Source: an uncultured Thermoleophilia bacterium (GTDB taxonomy: Bacteria; Actinomycetota; Thermoleophilia; UBA2241). From it: a stretch of DNA of 64,000 nt. The notes beneath the pieces were generated by a model. That model searched no databases and was not told the origin of the DNA. It worked only from the letters and a program-made list of their open reading frames with translations. Both the position numbers and the translations under genes were made by a program. Shown here piece by piece: positions 33,327 through 43,357 of this stretch. The DNA is taken from contig CAVPIV010000004.1 in assembly GCA_963705085.1 (NCBI GenBank), positions 794,193-858,192 on the forward strand, read 5' to 3'. Within the stretch, counting starts at the first letter, position 1; every line of letters starts with the position of its first letter.

Positions 33327-34766
33327 TCACGGCAAGGCGGACTGATCCAGCGCCGCCCTGAGGACGGCGGCGGCGATCGGGGCGGCGGTCTCGCCGCCGG
33401 TCGTCGCAACGGCCTCGATCGCCACCGCCACCGCGATCACCGGGTCGTCGGCGGGAGCGAACGCCACGAACCAGGCGAGGTTCGTCCCGTCGCCCCGCTC
33501 GGCCGTCCCGCTCTTGCCTGCCACGTCGACGCCCGCCAGGGCGGCGCCAGTGCCGGTGCCGGAAGTGACCACCTGCTGCATCATTCTATTCAGCGAGGCG
33601 GCGGTCGCCGCATCCATGGCCGTGACCCACGGCTCCACCACCGCCGTCTCGAAGGTCTTTCCCGAAGGCGCGACGACCTCCTGCATGACATACGGTTTCA
33701 TCACTGTGCCGTCGTTGGCGACCGCCGCCGCCACGAGCGCCATCTGCAGCGGCGTGGCCAGCACCTGCTCCTGCCCACACGCCGCCCAGGCGACCGCGAG
33801 GTCGTCCATGGGCGCGTCGGGGCTCAGCAGGCCATCAGCGCCGTACCGCCCGCTGGCGGCGACCTCGCCCTCCGGCAGGGCCAGCGGCGGCACCTCGTAG
33901 AAGCCGAACCCCTGCATCGCCGTCACAAGCCCGCGGCGACCGAGGGCGTTGCCCACCTTGCCGAAGGTCGTGTTGATCGAGTACGTGAGCGCTTCGGTGA
34001 AGTCGTGACGGCCGTAGGCCTCGCCCCCGTAGTTGGTCACCTTGCCGCCGCCGACACGGTACACGCCTGTGTCGACGAAGATCGTCGTCGGGGTAACCTT
34101 GCGACGCTCCAGGCCGTCGGCCGCTGTGACGACCTTGAACGACGACCCCGGCGGGTAGAGGCCCTGCGTCGCCCGGTTGAGCAGCGGCGCGTTCTCGTCC
34201 GCGGCGAGCTCGTCCCACGAGTCCTCGAGCGCCCCGGGATCGTAGGCCGGCGACGAGGCCGAGGCGATGATCGCGCCCGTCGCCGGGTCGAGGGCGACGA
34301 TCGCCCCGGTCTGGCCGCCCAGCGCCTGCTGCGCCGTCTTCTGCACCTCGGGCACCAGCGTCAAGCGGACGTCGGCACCCTGCGGCTTGCGTCCCAGCAA
34401 TCGGTCCACCCAGTGCTCGACGCTGAGCTCGTTCGCCTGACCGGTGAGCTCGGGGTTGTACTCGCGCTCGAGTCCGCTGCGCCCGTACCGGGCGCTCGCG
34501 TAGCCGACGAGCTGCGGCGCGAGAGCGCCTTGCGGGTACTCGCGCTCGTAGAAGCCCGACTGCTTCTTCGACGTGGCGATCACGGAGCCGTCGAAGCCGA
34601 GGATGTCGCCGCGCTTGATCCGCAGCTCCTGGATCAGCCCGAGCTTGTTCTCCGGACGCTCCCCGTACCAGTCGGCGCGCACACCCATGATCCAGGTGAG
34701 GTTGACGATGAGCGCCGCAAAGAGCACGACGCCGATCATGAACACACGCGAGATGGCCTTGTTCAT
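33327..34766 (-). CDS. pbpA: Penicillin-binding protein PbpA (class B transpeptidase)
   Basis: SSFK active site, SxN and KSG motifs. Confidence 0.9.
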   Translation of the reverse strand: MNKAISRVFMIGVVLFAALIVNLTWIMGVRADWYGERPENKLGLIQELRIKRGDILGFDGSVIATSKKQSGFYEREYPQGALAPQLVGYASARYGRSGLEREYNPELTGQANELSVEHWVDRLLGRKPQGADVRLTLVPEVQKTAQQALGGQTGAIVALDPATGAIIASASSPAYDPGALEDSWDELAADENAPLLNRATQGLYPPGSSFKVVTAADGLERRKVTPTTIFVDTGVYRVGGGKVTNYGGEAYGRHDFTEALTYSINTTFGKVGNALGRRGLVTAMQGFGFYEVPPLALPEGEVAASGRYGADGLLSPDAPMDDLAVAWAACGQEQVLATPLQMALVAAAVANDGTVMKPYVMQEVVAPSGKTFETAVVEPWVTAMDAATAASLNRMMQQVVTSGTGTGAALAGVDVAGKSGTAERGDGTNLAWFVAFAPADDPVIAVAVAIEAVATTGGETAAPIAAAVLRAALDQSALP

Positions 34767-34770
34767 CGCG

Positions 34771-36093
34771 CTAGCGACGCTCAGCCAGGCGCCGGCGTTC
34801 GACGTCGCTGCCCTCGCGCACGACGTGGGCGCGGTGCGAGACCATGAGCAGCAGGGCCACGAGGATCAGATTGGCGGTGAGCGAGCTGCCGCCGTAACTC
34901 ATGAACGGCAGCGTGATACCGGTCAGCGGGATCATGCGGGTGACGCCGCCGAGGATGATGAACGTCTGCAGTCCGAAGGCGACCGCAAGGCCCGCCGCCA
35001 GCAGCTTGGAGAAGCCGTCGGGAGCGCCGACGGCGATGCGGAAGCCGCGCCAGACGAAGAGCAGGAAGAGCAGGATGATGCCCGCCGCACCGAGCAGGCC
35101 CGTCTCGTTGGCCAGAGCGGCGAAGATGAAGTCCGTCTGCAGGTCCGGAACCACCGGCTGGCGGTTCGCGAAGAGCAGAAAGCCGCGGCCGAAGCCGTTG
35201 CCGAGCAGGCCGCCGTCGGCGATCGTGAACAGCGACTGCAGCAGCTGGTACCCGGTCGTCGTGGCCAGCGGCCAGGGGTTCAGCCAGATGCTGAACCGAT
35301 CCTGCACGTGTGGGACGACGGCGATGGCGAGGGCGGCGGCGGCGGCAAACAGGCCGCCGCCCAGGATCACGTACACCACACGGGTCGTCGCCATGTACAT
35401 GAGCGCCACGAACACGGCCATGAACAGCAGGGACATGCCGAAGTCCTTCATGAACACGAGCATGGCCAGCGACAGCACCCACATCACGAGCAGAGGACCG
35501 AAGTACTTGGCCGCGGGGACCGGCACGCCGATCACGGTGCGGGTGGGCACGGAGAGCATGACCTTCTTGTCGTTGAGGTAGCCCGCGAGGAAGACCACGA
35601 TGGCCAGCTTGGCGAACTCGGACGGCTGGATCGAGAACCCGAAGGCGTGGATCCACAGCTTGGCGCCGTTGACGGTCGTCCCCGCGAGAATCGTCACGAC
35701 CAGAAGCCCGAGTCCGACGGCCCCCACCAGGTACCGGTAGCGATCCAGCCGCATGTGGTCGCGCACGATGAGCACCGTGAGGGCGAAGAGCACGGCGCCG
35801 ACCAGCAGCCACTGGCCCTGGAGCAGGGCCAGCGACGGGCGGACGCGGAAGATCTCCGCGAGACCCAGCGCGGCGAGCAGCGCCGTGATCGGCAGGAGAA
35901 ACGCGTCGGCCTGGGGCAGCGTGAAGCGCACGAGCACGTGCAGGGCGAGGAAGATCCCGACGAAGACCAGGCCGTAGATGAGCGATATCCGGTTGATCTC
36001 GCGGTAGCGCCCCGCGTACACAGACACGTAGGCGAGCGTGCTGGCCACACCGGCGACGGCGAGGAAAGCGAGCTCGGTATTGCGCCTGTTCAC
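34771..36093 (-). CDS. rodA: FtsW/RodA (SEDS family) peptidoglycan glycosyltransferase
   Basis: 10-TM SEDS protein; GTG start chosen 13 nt downstream of pstP stop. Confidence 0.85.
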   Translation of the reverse strand: MNRRNTELAFLAVAGVASTLAYVSVYAGRYREINRISLIYGLVFVGIFLALHVLVRFTLPQADAFLLPITALLAALGLAEIFRVRPSLALLQGQWLLVGAVLFALTVLIVRDHMRLDRYRYLVGAVGLGLLVVTILAGTTVNGAKLWIHAFGFSIQPSEFAKLAIVVFLAGYLNDKKVMLSVPTRTVIGVPVPAAKYFGPLLVMWVLSLAMLVFMKDFGMSLLFMAVFVALMYMATTRVVYVILGGGLFAAAAALAIAVVPHVQDRFSIWLNPWPLATTTGYQLLQSLFTIADGGLLGNGFGRGFLLFANRQPVVPDLQTDFIFAALANETGLLGAAGIILLFLLFVWRGFRIAVGAPDGFSKLLAAGLAVAFGLQTFIILGGVTRMIPLTGITLPFMSYGGSSLTANLILVALLLMVSHRAHVVREGSDVERRRLAERR

Positions 36094-36106
36094 GAGGGAG
36101 CACCGC

Positions 36107-37288
36107 TCACGGCCACATGCCCAGGTCGCGGGCGAGCTCCATGGCTCCATCCTCGAGGTGCAGGTCGCGGGCGTCGACGACGACCCTATCCTCCACGGAC
36201 AGCGAGGAGTATGGGCGCGTGCTCGTACGGTAGACGGCGTGCAGCGGCAGCGGGCCGATCTCGAGGGGAAGGCCGCTGTAGACGGCAAGACGCTCGTCCT
36301 CGACCGAGACGAAGAAGACAGAGCTGAGCAGCACGACGCCCAGCAGGCCGATGACGGCCGCCGCCGCAAGACCGACGGTGAGACAGCCGAGGCGGCGCCG
36401 GCCGGCGTGCCCGGCCACGGGCGACGGCCCGGAGGGAGGCGGCGCCGGAACCACCGCGCCAGGGTCGCTCGTCGTCATCGGCACCGGCGGCGCTTCGGCG
36501 TCCGGCGCCGCGCCGATCGGCCCCGTGACCTCATCCGCTGGGTCGTCCGGAGCCTCCACGGCCGTCACAGGATCTGGCTCGGTGGCGCTCCGGTCCTCGA
36601 AGCGCAGAACGAGCGCCGTGATGTTGTCCGGACCGCCCTGGCGGAGCGCCTCTTCGACGAGCTCGGCCGTCGCCGCGTCGACGTCCTTGAGGCTCATCGA
36701 CTGCGCGATGGCGGCGGCGGATACCGGTCCGCTCAGGCCGTCGCTGCAGAGCAGCAGGACGTCGCCGTCTTCGAAGTCGACGGTGAACTCGTCGAGGCGC
36801 ACCGTCGGCTCGGTCCCCAGCGCCCGACTCAGAATGCTGCGGTGGGGATGGACGGCCGCCTCCTCCGCGCTGAGGCGGCCGCCGCGCACCATCTCGGCGA
36901 CGAGCGAGTGATCCTCGCTCACCTGGAGGAGGTCGCCGGCGCGCAGCAGGTAGGCCCGGCTGTCGCCAACGTGCACGAAGTGGCCGGACGATCCCTCGAG
37001 CAGAACCGCCGTCAGGGTGGTCCCCATCCCGGCATGCTCGACGTCCTCGCGGGCGCGCCCGTACACCGCGGTGTTGGCCGCCTCGGCGGCGGCCGCCAGC
37101 GGGAGCCCGTCCGCCACGCCGGCGGCCAGCGTCTCGATCGCCATTCGGCTGGCGACCTCGCCGGCCTGGGCGCCGCCCATGCCGTCACAGACGGCGTAGA
37201 GCGGCGGCGCGACAATGAAGGCGTCCTCGTTCGTCCTGCGATGCAGACCGATGTCGCTGAGCGCGCTGTGCCTGGCGACAAGCGTCAC
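36107..37288 (-). CDS. pstP: PP2C Ser/Thr phosphatase PstP with C-terminal TM segment
   Basis: TNEDAF, CDGMGG, DGLSG PP2C motifs; GTG start. Confidence 0.85.
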   Translation of the reverse strand: MTLVARHSALSDIGLHRRTNEDAFIVAPPLYAVCDGMGGAQAGEVASRMAIETLAAGVADGLPLAAAAEAANTAVYGRAREDVEHAGMGTTLTAVLLEGSSGHFVHVGDSRAYLLRAGDLLQVSEDHSLVAEMVRGGRLSAEEAAVHPHRSILSRALGTEPTVRLDEFTVDFEDGDVLLLCSDGLSGPVSAAAIAQSMSLKDVDAATAELVEEALRQGGPDNITALVLRFEDRSATEPDPVTAVEAPDDPADEVTGPIGAAPDAEAPPVPMTTSDPGAVVPAPPPSGPSPVAGHAGRRRLGCLTVGLAAAAVIGLLGVVLLSSVFFVSVEDERLAVYSGLPLEIGPLPLHAVYRTSTRPYSSLSVEDRVVVDARDLHLEDGAMELARDLGMWP

Positions 37289-37295
37289 CGTCGGG

Positions 37296-37847
37296 TCACT
37301 CCTCGTAGCGGAAGACCGTGTCCCCGATACGCAACCGGCTGCCATGGGTGAGCCGGGCGTCAGCCACCCGCTGGTCGTCGACGAACGTGCCGTTGGTGCT
37401 CCCGGCATCCTCCACGGCGTAGCCGCTTCCCCGCGGGATGAGTCGCGCGTGCGTTCCCGAGACGACCGTCTCGGCGAGAACGATGTCGCTGCCGGGGTCG
37501 CGGCCCACCATGACCGGCCCGGACAGCGGGAACTCCCTCCCGGGCGTGACGGCGGTGCTCTCTTCGACCACGAGCCGCGGGGCGAGCCGCACGGGGTCGA
37601 CGTCCTGCGTCCAGCCGGTGGCGTGCGGAGCCCGGTCGGCGCCGGCACCACGGCCCGCAGCGGGCCGGACGGGGGCGGGTCCAACCGGTGTCCGGGCCGC
37701 ATAGACCACCTCCGGAGCGGAGCTCGCGACGGCTGCGCTCCGCCTCACGTCGCCGACGGCGGCGCGCACGACCCTCCAGATGAACGCGTAGAGGAGGATG
37801 AGAATGCCGACCTTGAGGATCAGCAAGACGATATCGATGTCGATCAC
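37296..37847 (-). CDS. fhaB: FHA-domain membrane protein FhaB/FipA
   Basis: N-terminal TM helix; C-terminal FHA (GRDPGSDIVL..SGTHARL..GSTNGTFV). Confidence 0.8.
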   Translation of the reverse strand: MIDIDIVLLILKVGILILLYAFIWRVVRAAVGDVRRSAAVASSAPEVVYAARTPVGPAPVRPAAGRGAGADRAPHATGWTQDVDPVRLAPRLVVEESTAVTPGREFPLSGPVMVGRDPGSDIVLAETVVSGTHARLIPRGSGYAVEDAGSTNGTFVDDQRVADARLTHGSRLRIGDTVFRYEE

Positions 37848-37910
37848 CGGCGTCTCCGGAAGGGTACGGGTTCGCCGCGCCAGGGCGCCGAGCTCACTGT
37901 GAGCACGGGC

Positions 37911-38825
37911 TCACGGCTGGAGCTCGAACAGCAGCTCGGTCGTGCCCATCTCGATGCGGTCGCCGTGCTGGAGCACGGCCTGGCTGGCCTCGCGACGGTT
38001 GACGCGCAGGCCGTTCGTGGAATCCAGGTCGCGAATGAGGTAACCGTCGTGTTGGCGGCGGATCTCCGCGTGCTGCCGCGACACGTTCGGATCGTCGATG
38101 ACGACGTCGCAGCGGCGGCTGCGGCCGATGACGGTCACTGAGTTGCGCAACTCCCACTGGCCGCCGGGACCGTGCAGCACGGCCCGCGACACGCTGGGAG
38201 CGCGCGGCGGCGGCGCGACGGGCGGCCGCGGCGCCTCGTAGAGCAGGGTCTGGTCGAGCAGCGGCCCGGGCGCAGCCGCCACCGCTGGCGCACCGGGCGT
38301 GGGCGACGCGACCAACGGCTGCGCCGGCGGCGCGGACGACGGGCCGGACGGCGGCGACAACGGCGCAGGGGACGGCGCGGACGACGGCGCTACAGATGCC
38401 GACGACGGCGCGGACGACGGCGCTACAGATGCCGACGACGGCGCGGACGCGGGCGGCGCGTTGACCGTGCGTGTGCCGATCCCGAACTCACCGAGGCGCA
38501 GATCGGGGTCATCGTGCAGCTCGATGCGCGGCGGCGCCACGAGCGTCCAGCCCTCGCGGTGAGCGTAAGCCACAACGTAGTTGCCGAGCTCAGTCCTGAG
38601 TGCGTCCGCGAACGACGACAGGTGCCCGTAGTCGTCATGCCCGAGGTAGACGTCGAACTCGTTGGGGACATACACGTTGGCGACCCCCACGGTCTTGTGG
38701 TCGCCCATCTCCTTGGCGAGCTTGTGCGCCAGCTCCACCGGCTGCACGCTCGATCTGAAGGCCCGGCCGAAGCCTCCCTCGACCAAGCCCTCAAGCTTCT
38801 TCTCAATCCCCTTGAAGATGTTCAT
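37911..38825 (-). CDS. fhaA: FhaA (DUF3662 plus FHA domain)
   Basis: N-terminal MNIFKGIEKKLEGLVEG DUF3662, low-complexity linker, C-terminal FHA (GRSRRCDVVIDDPNVSRQHAEI). Confidence 0.8.
   Translation of the reverse strand: MNIFKGIEKKLEGLVEGGFGRAFRSSVQPVELAHKLAKEMGDHKTVGVANVYVPNEFDVYLGHDDYGHLSSFADALRTELGNYVVAYAHREGWTLVAPPRIELHDDPDLRLGEFGIGTRTVNAPPASAPSSASVAPSSAPSSASVAPSSAPSPAPLSPPSGPSSAPPAQPLVASPTPGAPAVAAAPGPLLDQTLLYEAPRPPVAPPPRAPSVSRAVLHGPGGQWELRNSVTVIGRSRRCDVVIDDPNVSRQHAEIRRQHDGYLIRDLDSTNGLRVNRREASQAVLQHGDRIEMGTTELLFELQP
38381..38446. repeat. 33-nt tandem coding repeat (2 copies) in the FhaA linker
   Basis: ACGACGGCGCTACAGATGCCGACGACGGCGCGG x2 encoding SASVAPSSAPS units. Confidence 0.6.
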
Positions 38826-40527
38826 CGTCGAGCTCCTCCGGCCGGGTGCCGGACCACAACGCCAGCGGCAAGAGTATCACGCTCGCCGCGGCCGCCACAT
38901 TGAGCGCCAGAGGACCGAGACCCACGGCATCGCCCCAGACGGCGCCGGGCACAACGGTGTACGTCAGGTAGACGCCGGCGAAGCACAACGCCCACGCCCA
39001 GAGCCGCATCTCGAGAGGGCGAATCGTGAAAGCGAAGCCGAGCGCGGCCGCCACGCCCGCCCACACGGCGGTCTGCAGGAGACCGGCCGGCGTGAGCAAC
39101 GCCCCTGCCATGGTCGTGATCACGGCGACCGGGCTGCCGGCGTCGGCCGCCTGTTCCCTCAGTCCGGGGGCGGCCTGGAACATGGTGAACGGGCCGGGCT
39201 CGTTCGCGAGCAGGAGGTACACGAACGTGGCGGCCCCTGCCCAGGCCGCCGTCACCGGGCCGCGGACACGGCCCAGCAAGAGGGCGCCTGCCGGCGCGAG
39301 CAGGGTGAGATAGACCGGCGCGAGGAGCAAGCCGAGCACCGGCCACACGGCCACGACCGGCCGGCGCGCCGCGAGCACGAAGAGCACAACGGCGAAGCCG
39401 AGATAGGCGATGCCCACGCCGAGCGAGACGTTGAAGAGCGGGAAGGCGAAGATGCCGAGGAGCCAGGCGAGCCCGGCGCGCGGGACCACCGCCCACAGGG
39501 CAGCGCCGATCGCCAGCAGCGGCAGCGTCCAGCTCTGCGGATAGGCGGGCAGCGATCGCAGCAAGGTGATGCCCGCCACGGTCGCGAGGGCGGCTCCGCC
39601 GACTCGCTCGACGGCGGGCTCCACGCGCGCCAGCGGGCGTACGAGACTCTGCACCTTCCGCCACCAGCGCGCCTGCAAGCTGCCGTTCTCCACTTGGCCG
39701 CGCAGCGCAGTAGCCAGGTCGGCCGCGGCGGGCCGCTGCGCGGCGCGCGGCGCGCAGGCCTCGTCGATCAGCTCGATCAGGTCTTTCGGCAAGTCCGGAC
39801 GCAGCTCGGCCAGCGGGGGCAGGCGCGCCGCGCTCACGTTGGCGAGCGTCTCGGCCGGCGTCTCGCCGCGCAGGGGATGAACCCCGGCGAGCAGCTCGTA
39901 GAGCACCATGCCCGCCGAGTACACGTCGGTGGGCGGCCCCACCCGGTGCCCGGCCGCCTGCTCCGGGGACATGTAGGCCACCGTCCCTACCACGTCGCCG
40001 TCCTTGGTCAGGGTGTCCGTGTCGGAGAGGAGCGCGATGCCGAAGTCCATCACCTTGACGTGGCCTTCGGCGTCGAGCATGACGTTCTGCGGCTTGACGT
40101 CGCGATGCACGATCCCCTGGCTGTGCGCGAACGCCAGCGCCTCGAGCAGCTCCGCCCCGATCGCAACGACGTCGGCGTCGCGAAGCCGCCCGTCGAGACG
40201 ATCCAGCGAGTCGCCGTCGACGAGTTCGCAGACGATGTAGTTCTGCTCGCCGTCGCCGAACCAGTCGTACAGGGCGACGATGCCCGGATGAGAGAGCGCG
40301 GCGGCGGCCTGGACCTCCCGCAGGACGCGGGCCGACATGGCCCGCTCCTCGGGGATGATCTTGACGGCGACCCGCCGGTCGAGCGCCCGATCGTACGCCT
40401 CGTAGACATCGGCGAAGCCGCCACGGCCGATCTTGCCGATCAGGTCGTAGCGCTCGCGCCAGTCCATCCTGAGGGGCGCTGTGCTGTGAGCTGCGGCGGG
40501 CATGCGGGGGATCGTAGCTGCTTCCAT
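38803..40527 (-). CDS. Ser/Thr protein kinase fused to a polytopic membrane domain (alternative start about 40467)
   Basis: Hanks kinase motifs (GRGGFADVY, VAVK, HRDVKPQN, DFGIA, SPE) then about 8 predicted TM helices; overlaps fhaA start by 23 nt. Confidence 0.8.
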   Translation of the reverse strand: MEAATIPRMPAAAHSTAPLRMDWRERYDLIGKIGRGGFADVYEAYDRALDRRVAVKIIPEERAMSARVLREVQAAAALSHPGIVALYDWFGDGEQNYIVCELVDGDSLDRLDGRLRDADVVAIGAELLEALAFAHSQGIVHRDVKPQNVMLDAEGHVKVMDFGIALLSDTDTLTKDGDVVGTVAYMSPEQAAGHRVGPPTDVYSAGMVLYELLAGVHPLRGETPAETLANVSAARLPPLAELRPDLPKDLIELIDEACAPRAAQRPAAADLATALRGQVENGSLQARWWRKVQSLVRPLARVEPAVERVGGAALATVAGITLLRSLPAYPQSWTLPLLAIGAALWAVVPRAGLAWLLGIFAFPLFNVSLGVGIAYLGFAVVLFVLAARRPVVAVWPVLGLLLAPVYLTLLAPAGALLLGRVRGPVTAAWAGAATFVYLLLANEPGPFTMFQAAPGLREQAADAGSPVAVITTMAGALLTPAGLLQTAVWAGVAAALGFAFTIRPLEMRLWAWALCFAGVYLTYTVVPGAVWGDAVGLGPLALNVAAAASVILLPLALWSGTRPEELDDEHLQGD

Positions 40528-40575
40528 TCGCCTCGGTATTCGGTATGGTACAATCCGATCCCTGTACGAGCCGCT

Positions 40576-40662
40576 GGGCGAGTGGCGGAATTGGCAGACG
40601 CGCTAGGTTCAGGGTCTAGTGCACTTACGTGCGTGCGGGTTCAAGTCCCGCCTCGCCCACCA
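40576..40662 (+). tRNA. tRNA-Leu (anticodon CAG), type II
   Basis: GGGCGAG acceptor, anticodon loop UUCAGGG, long variable arm, GGUUCAAGUCC T-arm, CCA encoded. Confidence 0.9.
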
Positions 40663-40696
40663 GTGTCTCATCGTGACGTGAACAGGAGACCGCAGC

Positions 40697-41794
40697 GTGG
40701 ATCGTCCCGAGGCCGGCACCACGGGGAGCGCCCCGCTCGACGCCACCGGTTCCGCCACTACTCCCCGCCAGCGCCGCCGGCCTAACCGCAAGCGCACGCG
40801 CCTGCAGCGTATCGCCATCCTGGCGGCCATCCTCTTCCTCATCGTCTTCATCCTCGCCTTCGCAGCGCGCAGCTGCCAGCAGAGCCGCAAGGTAGAGTCG
40901 TACCGCTCCTATCTCGACGCGGTGTCGTCCGCCATCGACGACTCCGCCTCCCTGGGCAAGCAGCTCGACCAGATCGTCGAGAACCCCACGAAGTACTCCA
41001 AGAAGGAGCTCACGGCGAAGCTCGACGAGCTCATGGCCAAGCAGAACGAGATCGCCGACCGAGCGGCAGGACTCCAGCCGCCGAACACGCTCAAAGCGGA
41101 ACAGGCGACCTTTGCCGAGGGAATGCGAGTGCGCGCCGACGGCTTCAAGCTGCTCCAGGCGGCGATCGTTGCCAGCCTCGGCAACGAGACCGTGAGCCCC
41201 GGCAAGATCGCCGCCCTGGGCGGCTACTTCTCGGGGCCCGACGCCTACTACATGAGCCGCTTCTACGCCCAGACCCGCAACGTGATGAGCGAGCAGGGCG
41301 TCTCGGACGTGACCGTGCCGACGGCCTCCTACTACCTCACGGCCAAGACGTTCGAGACCGCCAGCATCGAAGCGATGCTGAGCGCCGTCGGCAGCTCTGC
41401 CAAACTCGTCGGGCGGCACGGCGTCGCGCTCCTCGGTGTCGCCGCCCAGCCCGGCGACAAGGAACTCACTCTGGGCGACAAGACGACGAGCGTCACAGCC
41501 TCGGCGGATATGACCTTCGATGTCCGCGTGCAGAACCAGGGCGACGGGACCGAGGCGAACGTCGCCGTGAAGGGTGAGCTCGAGCTGCCGGACGGCAAGG
41601 TCCTCACGGTGACGACAGCCGTCGCAAGCATGGCCGCCGGCAAGACCGGTACCGCGGTCCTGAGCGGCTTCATCATCCCCGCAGAAGCGCTCAGCCGGAC
41701 CTCGATCCTCAAGGTCACCGTCGGCCCGGTCGCCGGCGAACGCGTGAAGACCAACAACAGCGGGTCCTACAAGATCCTCCTCCAGCTCCAGTAG
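40697..41794 (+). CDS. Hypothetical membrane-anchored extracytoplasmic protein
   Basis: Basic N-terminus, one TM helix (IAILAAILFLIVFILAFAA), then soluble domain; GTG start after AGGAG. Confidence 0.5.
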   Translation: MDRPEAGTTGSAPLDATGSATTPRQRRRPNRKRTRLQRIAILAAILFLIVFILAFAARSCQQSRKVESYRSYLDAVSSAIDDSASLGKQLDQIVENPTKYSKKELTAKLDELMAKQNEIADRAAGLQPPNTLKAEQATFAEGMRVRADGFKLLQAAIVASLGNETVSPGKIAALGGYFSGPDAYYMSRFYAQTRNVMSEQGVSDVTVPTASYYLTAKTFETASIEAMLSAVGSSAKLVGRHGVALLGVAAQPGDKELTLGDKTTSVTASADMTFDVRVQNQGDGTEANVAVKGELELPDGKVLTVTTAVASMAAGKTGTAVLSGFIIPAEALSRTSILKVTVGPVAGERVKTNNSGSYKILLQLQ

Positions 41795-41799
41795 TCGGC

Positions 41800-42384
41800 A
41801 TGCAGACCGCGCGCGACATCGCTCCATACGCAGCGTTCGCCGCCGCCGCTCTCTCCCTCCTTCTGCTGATTCTGGTCGTCGCCCTCTGGGTGAGCCTCCG
41901 CCGCCTGCGCCGGGCCCAGGCCGTCGTCCTCGGCCACCTTGGGCAGCGCGACCTCGTGGAGCACGCGGCGGAGCTGGAGTCGCAGGTGCGCACCCTGCGC
42001 GACGCCGTCGAGCGCCTGACCCTCGAGCTCGAGGGTCACCGGGCTCGTCTTGAGCACACGCTTACCAACCGGGCCGTGGTCCGGTACGACGCCTTCCGCG
42101 ACGCCGGCGGCGAGCAGAGCGCCTCGCTGGCGCTGCTCGACAACCATCGCTCCGGGTTCGTCATCAGTACGATCGCCGCCCGCGATTTCGCCCGCGTCTA
42201 TGTGAAGTACCTCCACGAAGGGATCGCCGACCGCGACCTGTCGCCCGAGGAGCAGGAGGCGATCGCCGCCGCGGTCCCGCAGCCGCTCCCCGCCGGCGCC
42301 GGCAGACCCGACGACCTCGCCGCCTCGCGAGGCCCAGCGGCCGACCTCCCGGCCCCCGCCGGCGACGCGCCGGCGGGCACCTGA
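41800..42384 (+). CDS. DUF4446-like membrane-anchored protein
   Basis: N-terminal TM, coiled-coil, VRYDAF..GEQSASLALLD..SG motif pattern. Confidence 0.5.
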   Translation: MQTARDIAPYAAFAAAALSLLLLILVVALWVSLRRLRRAQAVVLGHLGQRDLVEHAAELESQVRTLRDAVERLTLELEGHRARLEHTLTNRAVVRYDAFRDAGGEQSASLALLDNHRSGFVISTIAARDFARVYVKYLHEGIADRDLSPEEQEAIAAAVPQPLPAGAGRPDDLAASRGPAADLPAPAGDAPAGT

Positions 42385-42429
42385 TACGCTACGCGACAGT
42401 AGCTACGCGGGCGAGCGCTGGAGACGCGG

Positions 42430-43272
42430 GTGTCGGCAGGCAACAACAGAGTGGCGTTTCTCGGCCCCGAGGGCACGTTCACGGAGGAGGCCCTCCTCGA
42501 CGATCCGCCCGAGGGCGAGCTCAGGCCGTTCCCTCACCACTCTATCCGCGAGGTCATGGTCGCCGTGAGCCGGGGGGACGCGACCTTGGGCCTCGTCCCC
42601 ATCGAGAACTCCCTCGAGGGTTCGGTGGCGATCACCCTCGACTTGCTGGCCTTCGAGTTCGACGACCTCTTCATCGTCCGCGAGAGCGTCCACGCCATCC
42701 GGCATCAGCTCATCACGCGTTCGCCTCTCGAGCTGGACCAGATCACCAAGATCATCAGCCATCCGCACGCCTACGGGCAGTGCCGGCAGTTCCTTGATGC
42801 TCACCTCCCCGGGGTCGAGCACGAGGCGGCCAACTCCACGGCCGATGCGGTGCGCACGGTGAGCCGCGTCGACAGGCCCTGGGCCGCGATCGGGAACCGC
42901 CTGGCGGCGGAGATGTACGAGTGCGTCGTGCTGCGCGACGATATCGAGGACTCCCTCGAGAACCAGACACGCTTCGTCTACTTGAGCAGGCAGGCCGCGC
43001 CCCAGGACCTCGACGTGCGCTACAAGACCAGCCTCGTCTGCACCATCGGCGCCGACCAGCCAGGAAGCCTGCTGCTCATCCTCTCCGAGTTCGCGCATCG
43101 CTACATCAACCTGACCAAAGTGGAGTCGCGACCATCGCGCCAGGGCCTCGGCAAGTACATCTTCTTCATCGACATCGAGGGCCGACTCAGCGACCCGGCG
43201 GTGGAGCAGGCCCTCAAGTGCCTGGCCTGCAAGCTGCCGTGGGTCAAGGTCTTCGGCTCGTTCCCCACCTAG
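42430..43272 (+). CDS. pheA: Prephenate dehydratase
   Basis: PDT domain (VAFLGPEGTFTEEA..ESRP) plus C-terminal ACT domain; GTG start. Confidence 0.85.
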   Translation: MSAGNNRVAFLGPEGTFTEEALLDDPPEGELRPFPHHSIREVMVAVSRGDATLGLVPIENSLEGSVAITLDLLAFEFDDLFIVRESVHAIRHQLITRSPLELDQITKIISHPHAYGQCRQFLDAHLPGVEHEAANSTADAVRTVSRVDRPWAAIGNRLAAEMYECVVLRDDIEDSLENQTRFVYLSRQAAPQDLDVRYKTSLVCTIGADQPGSLLLILSEFAHRYINLTKVESRPSRQGLGKYIFFIDIEGRLSDPAVEQALKCLACKLPWVKVFGSFPT

Positions 43273-43357
43273 CACCCCATGCCACCACGGGAGGCCGCCA
43301 TGGCACGCGCGAGATGCCCACTGAAGACCCTCCCGTCCACCGTGTCCTGAGTCAGCG

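Noticed and set aside
38381-38446. Tandem repeats as a possible CRISPR or VNTR locus
   Set aside because: Only two coding repeat units inside the fhaA linker; no spacer/repeat array or cas genes.
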